This document shows, piece by piece, positions 12,923 through 26,800 of a stretch of DNA of 61,577 bases; within the stretch, counting starts at the first letter, position 1, and each line of letters begins with the position of its first letter. Source of the DNA: Seison nebaliae (lineage: Eukaryota); assembly GCA_023231475.1 (NCBI GenBank), contig JALJEE010002960.1, positions 1 through 61,577 on the forward strand, read 5' to 3'. The position numbers and the translations under genes are program-made. The notes beneath the pieces are model-generated. The model ran no database searches. It had not been told where the DNA came from and saw only the letters and a program-made list of their open reading frames with translations.

Positions 12923-14593
12923 ATGGTAAGAAGTTATACTTTGAATAATTTGGAGAACTTAATTAATTTTTTTTAGTATCTGAAGATCTGGTGAGAAAAA
13001 GAACGGAGCATAATAATGGAGAGATCTTTTCTCTCGAAGAAATCTCATTGCATCAACTATACATAGAAAAGTTTGTGATTTTACTTGATCATTTTTGAAC
13101 GTTTTTTATGGAAATCATTTAAAGAATTGAGCATTTAGACAGATGGTGTCGTAATTTGGAAATTTTATATTTACAATCCAATCTCATAAACAAGATAGAG
13201 AATGTGAGTCGTTTGAAGAAATTACAATACTTAAATTTAGCGATGAATCTGGTTGAAGATATTGAGAATTTGGGAGGATGTGAGTCGTTGAACAAACTCG
13301 ATCTGACATTAAACTTTGTTGGAAATATCAGAGAATCTTGTACAGAATTAAGTAAATGTCATGCATTAAAATCATTGTTAATTTTAGTTATAAATTTTTT
13401 CTGAATATATTTCTGGTTTGATAGATATCTAGTAGGAAATCCTTGTGCAGATTATGTAGGATATCGGTCGTATGTCATCGGAAAAGTACCTCAATTAGAA
13501 GTTATATCTGGACTGTAGAGGATGTTAGTTTGAGAGATTTCTTTTAGAAATTAGATGGGGAAGATATTACTAAAAGCGATCGAATTAAGGCAGAACAAGA
13601 TTTGGCGTCATTGGAATTGATAATGAGGAAGGCGGAAACTAATCAGAAAATTATTCGAGTTGAAATTATCTCGCATTTTTTCTATAGTTTCCTCCCAAAT
13701 TTTTAGGAGAAACAAAAAGAAACATATGCGAAGTTAGAATAAAAGAATTCTTTTTGAAATTCTTTTGTTTTCTAGTTGTCCTGATACGGAGGAATATTCG
13801 CCAGAGACGAGATATCATGCATCAAAAGAAGAAGAAAGAAGGAAATTGGAAGAGGAAGAGAAGAAGACGAATAGTCGATTTGCCAAAGTGGAAAAAAAAC
13901 GACCAACTCGTCTATTTCGGAATGAGAATGAGCCTTTGAATGTGAATGAAGCGAAGTTCGACTAAAATAAAATTGTAATAATATAAAATGTAACAATCAA
14001 TTCCTTCCTAGATTAGATTTCGTTTGGGCAGATGAAAAGGAACATCTCGTCTTGTACGTGGATGTGTACAAGTATTTGGATACATCTTTGATTGAAGTTG
14101 ATGTATTTCCCACATATGTTCGATGTAGAATTAAAGGGAAAATCCTTCAATTAACTTTAAACGATGAAGTTTTCGTGGAAGGTAGTGAAGTAGTGCGCAA
14201 TTCAGGAACAGGTCGATTATGTATTCGAATGAAGAAGGTTCATATTCCATATTTAATTATTTCTTTCTTCTTTTTCTTCTTTTTTCACAAGGAGAACTCG
14301 AATGATTCTATCTGATATTTCAATGTCATTTCCTTTCCTTCTCCAAATAGTGCCGTACGAATGATCAGTTCGATGGTATCGACATAAGCAAATGTCAGAG
14401 GAAGTCGGTTGCATCATCTAGTCGAAATGAATCGGCAATATCGGAAACGGAAGAAAAGCCTATTCACAATAATATTGCTTGTCATGTCACCGCTCCTCTT
14501 GACGATAATGATGCTCAATGTAATGATAACCTGTATAATTATCATGGTGACGATGGCAATGATGGGAACGATGATATACCTCCACTGATATGA
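12923..14593 (+). CDS. LRRC6: Dynein axonemal assembly factor 11 (LRRC6/TilB), 9 exons
   Basis: Spliced product [54 protein letters not shown]..., LRRcap, CS/p23-like domain ([28 protein letters not shown]), C-terminus DDIPPLI*. All 8 introns start GTT. Confidence 0.93.
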
Positions 14594-17500
14594 AACGAAA
14601 GAAAAATAACGATTTATGAATTATGAATTTCCTTTTCCTTTCACACAATATCGTATTATTCAATAAATTTTTCATGTTCTTCCCCATATGCAGCCGGAAT
14701 ATTCACAGAAATTAACCAACGACTGATAGATACGCGCACGTGTGTGTGTGTGTGTTTGTGCGTCATTTTGTGTAATAGGAAAGGAATTAAGGTCGATTGA
14801 AAAAAAATTTTTTTTTTCAAAAAATACTCATCGGAATCGAATGGAAGGATATTTGACGTAATGCTTCCTCCAAAAATAATGATATAATCCTTTTTATGAA
14901 AAGAATATAGATAGACGGATATGATATATTGCAGGAAGTGTATTGATATGACTGTTACAGGTAATGCCCATTAGACGTACTATTAAATGTAAATATGATT
15001 TCTCCACATTCTCTACATAACAATTAGTATAATTCCATTCATAATAATTTATAATAATTCTCTTAATATCTCACACCAATTGATATGTAAATTGAGACGA
15101 TAGTGCAAATTGAAGAAGTTTCATGTGTACGGAATAAATGAAATTTCATTAGTTTACTCTTCTTCCTTCCTATTTATCAGATGTATTTCGTTCCCTATTT
15201 TCCTACCTATTCTTTCATTACCTTTCTTCTTTTTGGACCTTCACTATTCTAGTTACTTCTGGATTCTTACTTTTAAACAATTAAATAATATTTTAATAGA
15301 ACTTTTCTATAATATTTGTTTTGGTTGTTTTTTTAGTTCTGCTAAAGGAAATATTTATCTGTAATTCTAATCAAGTACAAATCGATTGAACTGATTTCTT
15401 TTCCTCTGTCATCATATGAAAATAAGTTTTCAAATTAAATTTGATGATCCACTTTAAAACTCAATACTAAATCGAGTGAATAAAATTAACGACTTCTATG
15501 CATTTTTGTCGTTAAAGTTAAATAAAGAACGTAAGTGTTTTATACTTTCTAATTTTTGAACGTACTTTCAAATTATTGACTAGAATGTAGCGACAAGTGT
15601 TTGGAGGAATTGTAATCTGATTCGAGGATTGTAATGTATAGTAAGTATTAGCTAATTATTCACTTGAACGGATCTTATCATCCATAATTCCCATTTATTG
15701 CATACTCTACTATGAAATTATAACGGAATATCTTTAACCTTTCCGGTGAAAGTAGTGCACAGTAAGTGCTGCAGACATCAATCGATAAAATAGTGCGTCT
15801 GATTTAACTTTTGACTAAACAAATTTGAAATCTTCAATATTAACCTAATTTTCTTGAAAGAGGTTATGGAACTCGACGAAATCCATATGAAATGCAAATA
15901 ATTCGAAATGTTGAGTGGAATAATGATGGAAATAGCTCGACAATTTCCTTCTGTTTAATTTTGATATATTCTAATTAAAAGAAGATTATGTAACGATATC
16001 TAACACAGAAGAGAAGAAACATCGTAACTTAAATGAATTACATCACAAAAATAATTGTGTGACATGCATATTCTACTTTTCTCGTCTGATTTCGAGAAGT
16101 TTCGATAAATTTATTAATTTTACTTAATAATTTATTCCATCTTGACCTTAGGAAGAAGTATTGAATCGATCTTACTAAACATACTTACATCTATCGATTT
16201 ACATATTCATCTATTACATATACATTACACTACATATAAATTAATCATTCTTATGAATATGTATAACTTCTTCTCGACGTGAACATTTCATATTATTTCA
16301 TGCAAATTGAAAATTTTTCAATATTCCATACTCATTTCTCATCAATTTCATCCGACAAAATTATTTCAATTTCTCTCAATTCGATTTCTGACAATGATTT
16401 TGTTCCAACTTTCTCTTCACAGAATTTTTCTATAAATATTTGATTACAATAAACTTTAATTTCGGATAAATGCCGAATAAATTCGTAATATTTATTCATT
16501 TTTAATATAATTTATTTGTTCAGTCGAATTTAATTACGAATTAGAGAAGTTAATGAAAGAAATCGGATAATTTCCCGGTAATTCGTCTAATTGCAATCGC
16601 TTTTCCCGCCAATTCCTAATGGAGTAGACGTAACATTCCTTCGTATTTAATGAATCAATAAAATTATTTGATCAATCCATAATTCCTAACAAGTGCAGTA
16701 TTGTGCTAGAGTATTAAATGTAATAGCTCTCAGATTATGAGTCATTCTTAAATTAAATATTGTTCATGACTTTCTCGCAGGGAATTCTTTCCCAATTCGA
16801 CCAAAGATATTAGACAGGAAAAAGGTATCAGAACAATGTCGTTGAATTATTTTCGGTTAAATGATAAATTTTGTGAGAAGAAATATCGTTACATGATCGA
16901 ACGTAAGAGACATACACAAATTCCAGAGAGTATCGAATAAATACAGAGAGACAGTCTCAAAGAGGAAGAGTGTTTAATCAGGAACATAGGAACATTGTCG
17001 AAAATAATTCGCCAATCGAACAGAGAATAGTATATGTAACAAACTGCTTATATAACAAAATAAAATGAATATTCTCAACAACCATATTATTCCCAGCATG
17101 TTCCCATATTATCTTCCAGCTTTTTTTCCCATCTTCCACTCAGGAAAAAACCAATTAAAGTTCAAAGACGAATCCTGATAATGAAAACAACAATTAGACA
17201 ACCATTTATTTTTTCATTTTCAGACTAACTCTTTTTTTCGTTAAAAAATTCGTTAAATTTTCTTTCGTTAAAAATTTGTAAGTTTTTATGACGTCACGTT
17301 GTTCGTCAGTAGCACATACAACTTAATTGCGGAGATTACACAATTTCCTTTAGAAATTCGTCGAAAAATTATTTCCTTCACATAATTGTTCACAGCTGAT
17401 AACTTTTGAGTGTAAATCGAAGAGCATGATATTCATTATCCGATTAATTCCGTCAATTATCCGTTAACTCCTACAAATTTTATTTGCAGTTCATAAATAA

Positions 17501-17640
17501 ATTAAAATTATACGTAATATAAGAGTGGTGAGAGATTAATTAATAATTTCACTCAAAAAATGAATCGTGAAGCGATTATTGCATGATTGAATTAATTATA
17601 AAAAATTTTTACGAAAATTAAATTTTCCAATTTTCTCTCG

Positions 17641-17654
17641 GTTCCCATGACGAC
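17641..17654. promoter_or_regulatory. X-box-like site upstream of BAIAP3-like gene
   Basis: GTTCCCATGACGAC, about 80 bp upstream of the ATG at 17737. Confidence 0.35.
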
Positions 17655-17736
17655 GGTTGTAAGCATTCAGTCATATTAAGATGAAGAAATATGTGAATCG
17701 GTAATCATGTGAATTTTATCTTATTTCTTCATACAG

Positions 17737-20700
17737 ATGAGTCGAAATGATGAGACATTTGCATTGCTATGCGATCGATTTGATTCGGTGCAGCAAGAGC
17801 AAATGTATATGAGAAATGGTGTTTTTCATCGGCTGAAAATGGAGAGGATGAAATCATGGAAGAAAGCATTGAATAACATAGCCGATCGACGGAAAAATAG
17901 AACTACTACTGATTCTTTCAATTTGGTCGATGAACAATATTCTCGAGAAGCTCATTTATCTACAGGAGATAGCAGTAAGGACGGTAACAGTAGCAGTAGT
18001 GATGACGAAGAAAAGAAAGAGAAAATGAAAGAAATTGATGCTGGTTCCAACAATTTTTTACTAAATTTTTTATTTTAAAAACATTTTCTTTTTTCATCAT
18101 TAAAACTATTCAAGATGACTTAATTGCTGAGGCGCCATGTCGACAACCTAACCAAACTGATGAAGAATTGAAGAAGATGAAACAATATGAAATTGAGGAA
18201 TTGATGAAGATAACGGAGGAGGATAAAGCGGGACTATATGTCGAAGCGTTATATACGATAATTCATAAAATCGGAATTAGAGAACATTCACATGAGAAAT
18301 TAATAAATTATCTTCATGACATTTTTAAAATGGACGACGATACACATCACCTCTTATTACATCAAGCAGAAAAACAGGAAGTTGAAATTATTTTTTTTGT
18401 TTTTAATTTCAATTATTTTTAGGCTCCCAGAGTTATCATCAATGTGGATATATTCGAAGCGAAAAATTTGGAAGCGAAAGATGCGAACGGTTTCTCCGAT
18501 CCATATTGTATGTTGGGCATCATGCCAAAACAATTATTAAATGGTTTAATCATTTCTTCTACTAATCGAAATGAATTACACCTGAAATCTATTTTTCACT
18601 TTGAGATGTATAGTAGAAAATGTCAATAAAGCCTCTAAACTTTCTCGTCTTTGTTGCGTGTCTTGTGGAAGTAAATATGAAATTTTTTATTTTTTTATAT
18701 TGGTGAGTTGAAATCAATAATAACTTATAATTTTAACCATTTAAAATACATTTGGAATAAAAATTAATTTTTATTTCAATTAAAAAGAGAATAATGGTCA
18801 TAAGAATAAGAATGATGGATCGGTTAATTCATTTTTGCATCGATTTGGTGAATCGTTAAAATTCCGTCCGAAGAAACCGGAAGGAAAACGAACCGAATAT
18901 TCAGAAAGAAGAGTTTCCTTCAACTCTGTATTTCTCATCAATTTCTATTCTTATTCTAGTCAAGTTTCGTTATTAGAGATCGCCTTCCTGCAAGATATAT
19001 TCAAACGACGGATGTTAAACGATGTACACTGAATCCTGTTTGGAATCAACGATTTCGATTGTTTACCATTTTTCCGATTTTTTCATTATTTGTATCGTTC
19101 ATGTACAAATATTGTTTCAGTTTTATCGAAGATTTAGAAACGGACACTTTACATTTGGATATTTGGGATCATGATGATGAAGTGAGTGTTTTGGACGCAA
19201 CAAAACGATTAAATGAAATTAGTGGAATTAAAGGACTTAATCGGTTTAATTCAATCATTATTCCATTACAATTCCATCTACATTCCAATATCATTGTTCA
19301 GATTCTTTAAACAAGTTGCTCAAAGTGCACGTACATCATCGTCTGTAAATAACCAACGACGATCGTCATTGAACGTTGACGATTTTCTCGGATGTCTCGA
19401 TTTGTCTTTAGCAGTTGGAATTTTCCATAAACGTTCATTAATAAATAATATTCTCAATTCATTAATAGACGGTATCATCGAAGGGCGTTGAGAAATGGTA
19501 CAAGTTACAAGGTAGGTCATCCAAATCGAAAGTTGATGGTGATATTCGATTGAGGTTATCGTTATCGACAAGAGAGAAGAAAAATCTACATTGTCCACAT
19601 CACAACGAATCGTCATGTTCGGAATCGGATGAGGATTGTAATTGGACGGACGTGGATGAACAAAGGAAATTATTAAGAATATTTATTGAGGCAGAAATTG
19701 GAAAAGAAGATTCCAATCATTGGAATGGACAATTATCACATGATGCAGAAGTGATATTACATCAACATGCCGTACAAGGAGATATTACTGATTTACAATT
19801 ATCTTTATGTCGATGGTTGTCTTATAGTGATGTACATCAAAAGAAACCGTTAAATTTCAATATTTTGGGAAGATTACTTCGATCATTGGACGAACTGTCC
19901 GACATCAATTCACCGTTAAGTCGCGATGAGACTGTGGCACTTCGATCATCTTTCCAATTATATATCATTAATTGTTGCTCATTAATACGACATTTACGTG
20001 AAGTTCTACCAGCCACTTGTGAACCTTCGATCTATAAATTGCAAGCGATGTTAAGTACATTGAGTCGAATACATTCAATGCAATTATATCAGATTGCTTG
20101 TTCACCTTATATTTGTGAAGATATGCACGATCTCATTTATGAAGCAATTGATGTTAGTAATTTTCTTGTCAAATAATTCATGAAAATATTAAAATTTTTA
20201 GAAAGGATTATGTGAATGGTATGAAACGACGAAAGCCGCATCGAAACCATTAATGAGAGTTGGCTTTCTTATATAAAAGAACGGAATTAAAAAAGGTTTT
20301 TTCAGGCTGATGAACAAATCATTTTAAGTTTAGTGAAATTAGTCAATGCAATTTATGCGGAATGTTTCGAAGCTGCTAAAGTTTATGATAAACATTTCAA
20401 AAAGTTTCTTTAATTTTTAAATTTTCATTCATTCGAATTTTAAATTTGAGATATTTGAACATTTCCTATTTCAGTTTCATTTATAAAAAATTGGATGAAA
20501 AAGTTAAAATTTTCCTCTTTCTTCCTTTTCGCACTCCGATTAATTCGATTAACTGCTTATTCTATTTGATTATTCCGATTAACAATTATCGATTAACACA
20601 GCTTTGCACCGATATACTTCGTGCATTAGAAGCAGAAGTTTCTTCTTCGATTTCTCCACTTGAATTAATTGAACAATTCTTCTTATCTCACATCTATTAG

Positions 20701-22931
20701 ATTGGTAATGAAATTTATGATGATATCGAAGAAGTGATTAATCGAGAGGAAGACATTCTCGATAATAGTGTGGCGGCCGTTCAAATTGGTGAGAATCTTT
20801 TTCGTCTTTATACTGCCCTCAAAGATTTCCATAAATTCCGTACTCATGTCACAGGGTTACTAATTTAAAATAAATATATATTAAATTTTCATTAATTATT
20901 TTAGAATTGCCATTTCAACTTTACACATCAACTCTTTTCACAAATATTTCGTCACAGCTGTACGTCGATGGATCGATTTAGCACGTCAGAAATCTATGCA
21001 ACGAATCAAAATTTCGGTTGAACAAGATCAAGTTTTATTGTTGTTGTTTATTATACTTATTATTGTATTTTTGAACAGTCACTTGATTATGAAAATGAAG
21101 TTCAATTGACAACGTCTTCAGTTGATGTGAAGTCATTTTTGGCTGAATATCGTCAATTTTGGGCAGCCATCAGTTGGCCGGACGCCGAATATGGATTTAT
21201 TTATTTGATGAAGATAACACAAGATCTAACTGATGCTGCTATGTATTATACGAATTTGATGCATCAGAAAATGTTAAACAATAAATATTATGATTCGACG
21301 GGACGATTCGACATTTCAAAAGAAGTTCAATTTCTTCTTTTTTCAAATTTTCATGTTCAATTTCAACAGTTGTGTCAAATAATTAATTCGATTGAGAATG
21401 TTCGAGATTATTTAGTAACGAACATTCCGCAGAATCTTGAAGTTAACAAAACTGTGACACAAATCGATGAGATGTCAGCAGAAGGTTGTAAGATCGCTTT
21501 GAATAAATCCGTTATGACGATGAATCAGGAAATGCAATTGCACATTAAAGAAATTCTTACACTCGTCGTTAATAAAATGAGTGATGAATTAAATAATCGC
21601 ATCTTTCAAATGTTGGATGGTGTACATGAATTGACGATGAATTCGACAGTGACGGATAAGTTGAGTGAAGACGAAGTTCTCCATCCATTGATCCAATATA
21701 TTGAAGACAATTTAATCTCATTGAAAATTTACATGTTGCAAGTGAATTTCAATTTGATTCTCTTCATTTTATGGAAGGACTTCCTTCAAATATTCGAGAA
21801 TAATTTTAAGAAAGTGTCAAAGAAAACTTCACCTCTCACTTACTTTATGAAATGTAAACGAATTTTGGAGACACTAGCTAATTATTTCCATGGCGACGGA
21901 AACGGTCTATCTCGGAAAGATATCGAAAATTCTAGATATATAGTTTCTTTTTGGCTTTTCTTACAATTAGTTACTTTGATGTATTTGATTCTATTTTAGA
22001 TGTTAACTAGCAATATCTCTTTGCACGTTTGTGATAGTAGTACTTTGATATCGATGTTCTACAAAGAACGAGTGCTCTTCCAACAATCTGTATGTGAAAG
22101 TCTTTACGGAAGTGTCACCGTTCGTGCACAATATCATACATCGGCTGAAACGTTATCAGTCGAGTTACTGTTTGCAAGAAATCTTCGACCTATGGACGCC
22201 AACGGATCATCTGACCCATTTGTTCTCATATCGTTGAAACCAGCTTTCTTATTTACAACCAAAACCGTGCACAAATCGAAAGTAAAGAAAAAAACTTTGA
22301 ATCCTCAATACAATGAACGATTCGATTTGTTTGTAATTTTTTAAAATTGATAATTATATTATTAAGTCTAGTAAAGTGAAAGAAGTTGAATGTTTAACTG
22401 ATGGAGCGTCAATCGAATTTCGCATATTCGATCACGATCTAGTTGGACGGGATGATTTCGAAGGAGAAGCATATTTGTCCGTCAACAATTTACCAGGTTT
22501 AAATTCTCTCTACCAAATTTTTCTTTCAATTTTTTTAGGAGTTCATGGAGATTTGGGACCTGGTGGTCTATCTGATTTAAAGACAACGACTTTGTATCTC
22601 CAACATCCGAAAGGTTAGTCAAATAATATTCTAGTTTTATGTTTATCTTCTCCCAATCCGTCGTCTTCGATCAGACGGCATAAAATGTATAAATGGTAAA
22701 TTTTCTTTTAAAGTAGAGCTAAACTAAAACTTCCAATAAAACTAACGATTGTTCCATATTAGACATAACTAATTAACTGACCATAAGAGGAGACCAAAAC
22801 AAATCATTAATTCTTCAAATATTTTTCTTATAGAATATGCGGATGGAATTATCGATGTGCTGAGAAAGAGAGATGATCAATTGGCATTAAATTTTGTAGC
22901 GGATTTCGATCGTATTCGGTTGTACGACTAA
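17737..22931 (+). CDS. BAIAP3: BAIAP3 / Munc13-4 family C2-MUN-C2 vesicle priming protein, about 20 exons
   Basis: C2A (EAKNLEAKDANGFSDPYCMLG; LHLDIWDHDD; DDFLGC), MHD region (TTSSVDVKSF), C2B (ARNLRPMDANGSSDPFV; FDHDLVGRDDFEGEA). True start uncertain. Confidence 0.85.
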
Positions 22932-23848
22932 CTGGACTGGAAACGTTGTTTATGGAATAAAGTATATAAGGATAAATTTTAAATAAGCAATATCTATTTC
23001 TTCATTGATCTATTTCACCTCTATTCCTGTTAAAATTAAATTAAAATCTTCACCTTAAATCTTGTTAGTTTTCAATTAATTTAACTCTATGAATCGTGAA
23101 AAGAGGTATTATTAATGAGATGATTTTTTTGCAACCTCCTTCAACCAACTAATCCAAATAGGAACATTTTCCGAAGAAAAATAGATTCTTAGCGATCACG
23201 GATATGACCAAATTATATAAACAAAGAAAATCCAACAAAAAAGTGACAAATAATCTTTTACAAAGCAATATGATATGATGATGTAACTGTATTGACAGAG
23301 TTGGAAAGTAAGTAATTTTTAGAATATTATTATTATTTTTTTTTTTTATTATACATGGAAATCTAGTATGATTTTTCATAGTAAAACGGAAGAAAGTTCT
23401 AATATTTACATTTCAGACTTTCAGTCAGTACCTGAAGATGGAAAATCAGTATTTGAGAATTAAATTAACTACGAACGATGATGTGAATCAATGAATAATT
23501 AAATCTGAAGACTCAACTAAAGGCAAAGACAACCGTCTATTTAATGAAAAAGAAATGAAACTTACAAATGCAAAATTAGAAACTTGTTAAAAAGGGGATA
23601 ATAATATCAGATAACAAACCTAAGATTGAAAAGAAAAATTCTGAAATTATTATCCTGAAATACTGAAATTTAAAACTTTGAAAGTTTTTGGGTCACATTC
23701 AGTCTTGTCAGACCCAGTTCTTGGAGCCAAAATGTAACTGGTTGTAACCAGTCTGATTAAAATGTTTATATAAAAATGTAAAAATCACGAACAAGTCGAT
23801 GAATTATGACAAATTAAGTTGGTAAATAAATTAATAAAGTTTAGGCAG

Positions 23849-26800
23849 TTATTTCAACATTCTCTCACTCGGATCAATTTGCTGTGAAGCAAATGTATTG
23901 AACACTTGTTCGAGAGTGGATTGACTGACTGAATAATCGTCAATATTCAACTTAGCTTTATTATTTTCCATTATTTCAAAAATTTGAGCCAATTTCAAAT
24001 CTTTCGTTTTACCTTGTTCGTTAATCGATATCCTTATCTCTGCGATATTTTGACATTGGTTTGAAATCTCGATATTTTCATCTGAATATTGTTTATTCAA
24101 CCATTCAATAAATTTTGTCATATTCACTTCTCCCTTCGAATTGATCTCATCTTTATTTTGTTCGCCATCCATCGTTTTCACTTTTAAGTTGAACCCTTTT
24201 CCATAAATATTCTTTAGATTTTGTATGGTATTCAGACATTGGAATTTGCCGTTCATCATGATAGTTGCCCTCGTGCATAATGCCTCACATTCTTCCATGG
24301 AATGTGTTGTCAAGATGACGGATCGGCCGTCAGTATTACGAATAGCATTAATGACATTCCACAAATATCGTCTGGCACTTACATCCATTCCGCTTGTGGG
24401 TTCGTCTAATAAAATTAGTTTTGGATTTCCAACGAGCGCAATAGCTGTTGATAATTTCCGTTTATTTCCTCCACTATTTCCATCATGATGAACAATTAAA
24501 TTTTAAATAAATGATAAAAGATAAATAAATGGAACCTGTATTTCGTACCGTAATTATCTGCATGATCTTTCAAATTTAACAATTCCAACAAACTTTCTAC
24601 GTTCTGCTTAATCTTGTCTTTAGGTACTCCACGAACTTTGGCATAAAATTCTAATAATTCTTTTCCTTTAATATTCTCTGATAACGAATCAAATTGAGGA
24701 CAATATCCGACAGTTTTTCTTGCCTGAAAATGATCGATTAAATTTATCCAAATAATAAATGAGAACATCTTTCGCTTCTGTTTCCAATTTCTTTCCATTC
24801 ACATAAATATCACCATCGGTAGAGGTTTCATCCCCAATTAACATTTTAAACGTTGTCGTCTTTCCAGCCCCATTAGCTCCCAACAATCCAAAACATTCCC
24901 CATTTCCCACTTTCAAATACATCGGGAATACAGCTACGAAATCCTTATACACTTTCCCCGCTCCATTGATTAGCAGAATATTCTGTTCAGATAATTCCTT
25001 AACAGATTTATTTTGGATTTCTTGTTTTTCTCTTAAGACATCTTCAGATTCTTTGTTTTTAATCTAAAATTTTTAATTTTAATTTTTTAAATAAATTTAA
25101 AATATTTATCGTCGTTCCAACCGGTTTTACTTCTATTGCCGTTTTAGGTCTTTCTGGCTCTATTTCTATTACAGTCTATTTAAATTTCATCAGAATTTAA
25201 TCGTATAGAACAATAAATGGAATGGAAAACTTCAACAATTTTGTTTGTGGTAACAATTTCTTTTTCTGGTTTTAGAGAATCATTCTTCATTTTATCATAG
25301 CTCCACGGTTTCTTTTGACATGTACATTTCGCTTTCAACTGATAACTTAGATTCGATTCCAAAAAGATGAGAATCAAAAATAGAATTATTCCTTGAAGGA
25401 GGAGACAAATAATGTTGAGAAGAATTCCAGGTTCCTTAATCGAATCAAATTTCTTGTCACAATGTTCTAAAAAATGAGAAGAAATTTAGAAAATTGTAAA
25501 AATTAACCCAAAGTTGGAACAGTTTTACATAAGAAAATTGTTTGTTGAAGAGAATAGAATTGAAGTACACCATTACCAAATGCGAAATTGGGAAAGATGA
25601 TTGTAAATATAGTATTCAAAATTTCAGGCACTTTTGAATTTGGTTCTATCGAAGCTACGATAAATACCGCTATTACCATAATCATTCCCGTCACCATATT
25701 GAATGCTGATAAGGCAGCAATGGCATTTGCTGATTTATTGAAGAATCGAGATAAAATGAACATTGACAATATTCCAGGAGGTCCATACAATAAGAATAAC
25801 AGAAAAAATTGTGCGCCAATTTCTAAAGAAAATTTTCAAAACCGAAACTTTAAAACTTCTAACCGAAATCCTCAACAACATAAGCGATATTGAATGCAGC
25901 GAACAAAATCAGTATAATGATGGAAACGATAGTGTAGAATATAAAGTTCCAAAGGAAATTGGTGAACCAATAGACGACGGAATTAATACCAGAAATGAAT
26001 TGAAGTAATTTAGCACCGCTAATTCTTTCTTTCACTATATATGCAGCGAATGAAGCGAAAACGAATGAGAATCCCATCAATAAATTAACGACAATGGAGA
26101 AGATTCCGAGATTTTGACTCAATGAATTTTGGTTATCGATTATATCTTCTTTCGTTGCCGGCAACGGATGATTTACAGTATTGATTAATGCTTTTGACGT
26201 ATCAGCTTCATTGCTAACAATCATTTGTAAAATGGTGTTCGATGCCATATTGAGAGCGAGTGGAGCCGAATGTGAATATGAACTCTCGTATTGTGCAGTC
26301 ACATGGAGATTTGTTAATGATTTTTCAAACAACAATCCCATCACATGTAAACTGAGATAAGAACTAATACTGATTTCCGTACCGAAACATGTTGTATAAT
26401 CCACCATAGAACTAACAAAAGAAAAGAAGATTAGTTAATAGATGAAAAAAATAGAAAACGTTTGTTCATTACATTTTTGAAGTTTTGAATCTGTGAACTT
26501 ATCTTCAACGTTATGTAATTGTGCTTTATATGGTCGATCTGATCTCCGTAATGATTTTGCTAAATCGAAAGTTTTCTCAATGGATTCGGTAATGAAAGTT
26601 TTTTCTCCCGCAGTTTGTGCAGTTGGGGAATCAGCAATATAATATGGAATATAAGTATCTGAATAATTTCCGAAAGTTATAGGCAATTGAATTTGATTCA
26701 ACGATGTTGGGAAAATTTTATAAGCGATGACACCCAATATCACCGTTATGATTGGTACGAATATTTGAGAAAGTAACAAACTGATATTTCGAATATTTCC

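Noticed and set aside
14238..14350. Early AAG acceptor (14291) truncating LRRC6
   Set aside because: The TAG at 14350 restores the conserved ...PPLI C-terminus; nothing shows the early site is used.
14700..17600. Hidden gene or ncRNA in the 3-kb region upstream of BAIAP3-like
   Set aside because: Only a short GT microsatellite and hydrophobic chance ORFs; no recognisable snRNA, snoRNA or miRNA hairpin by eye.
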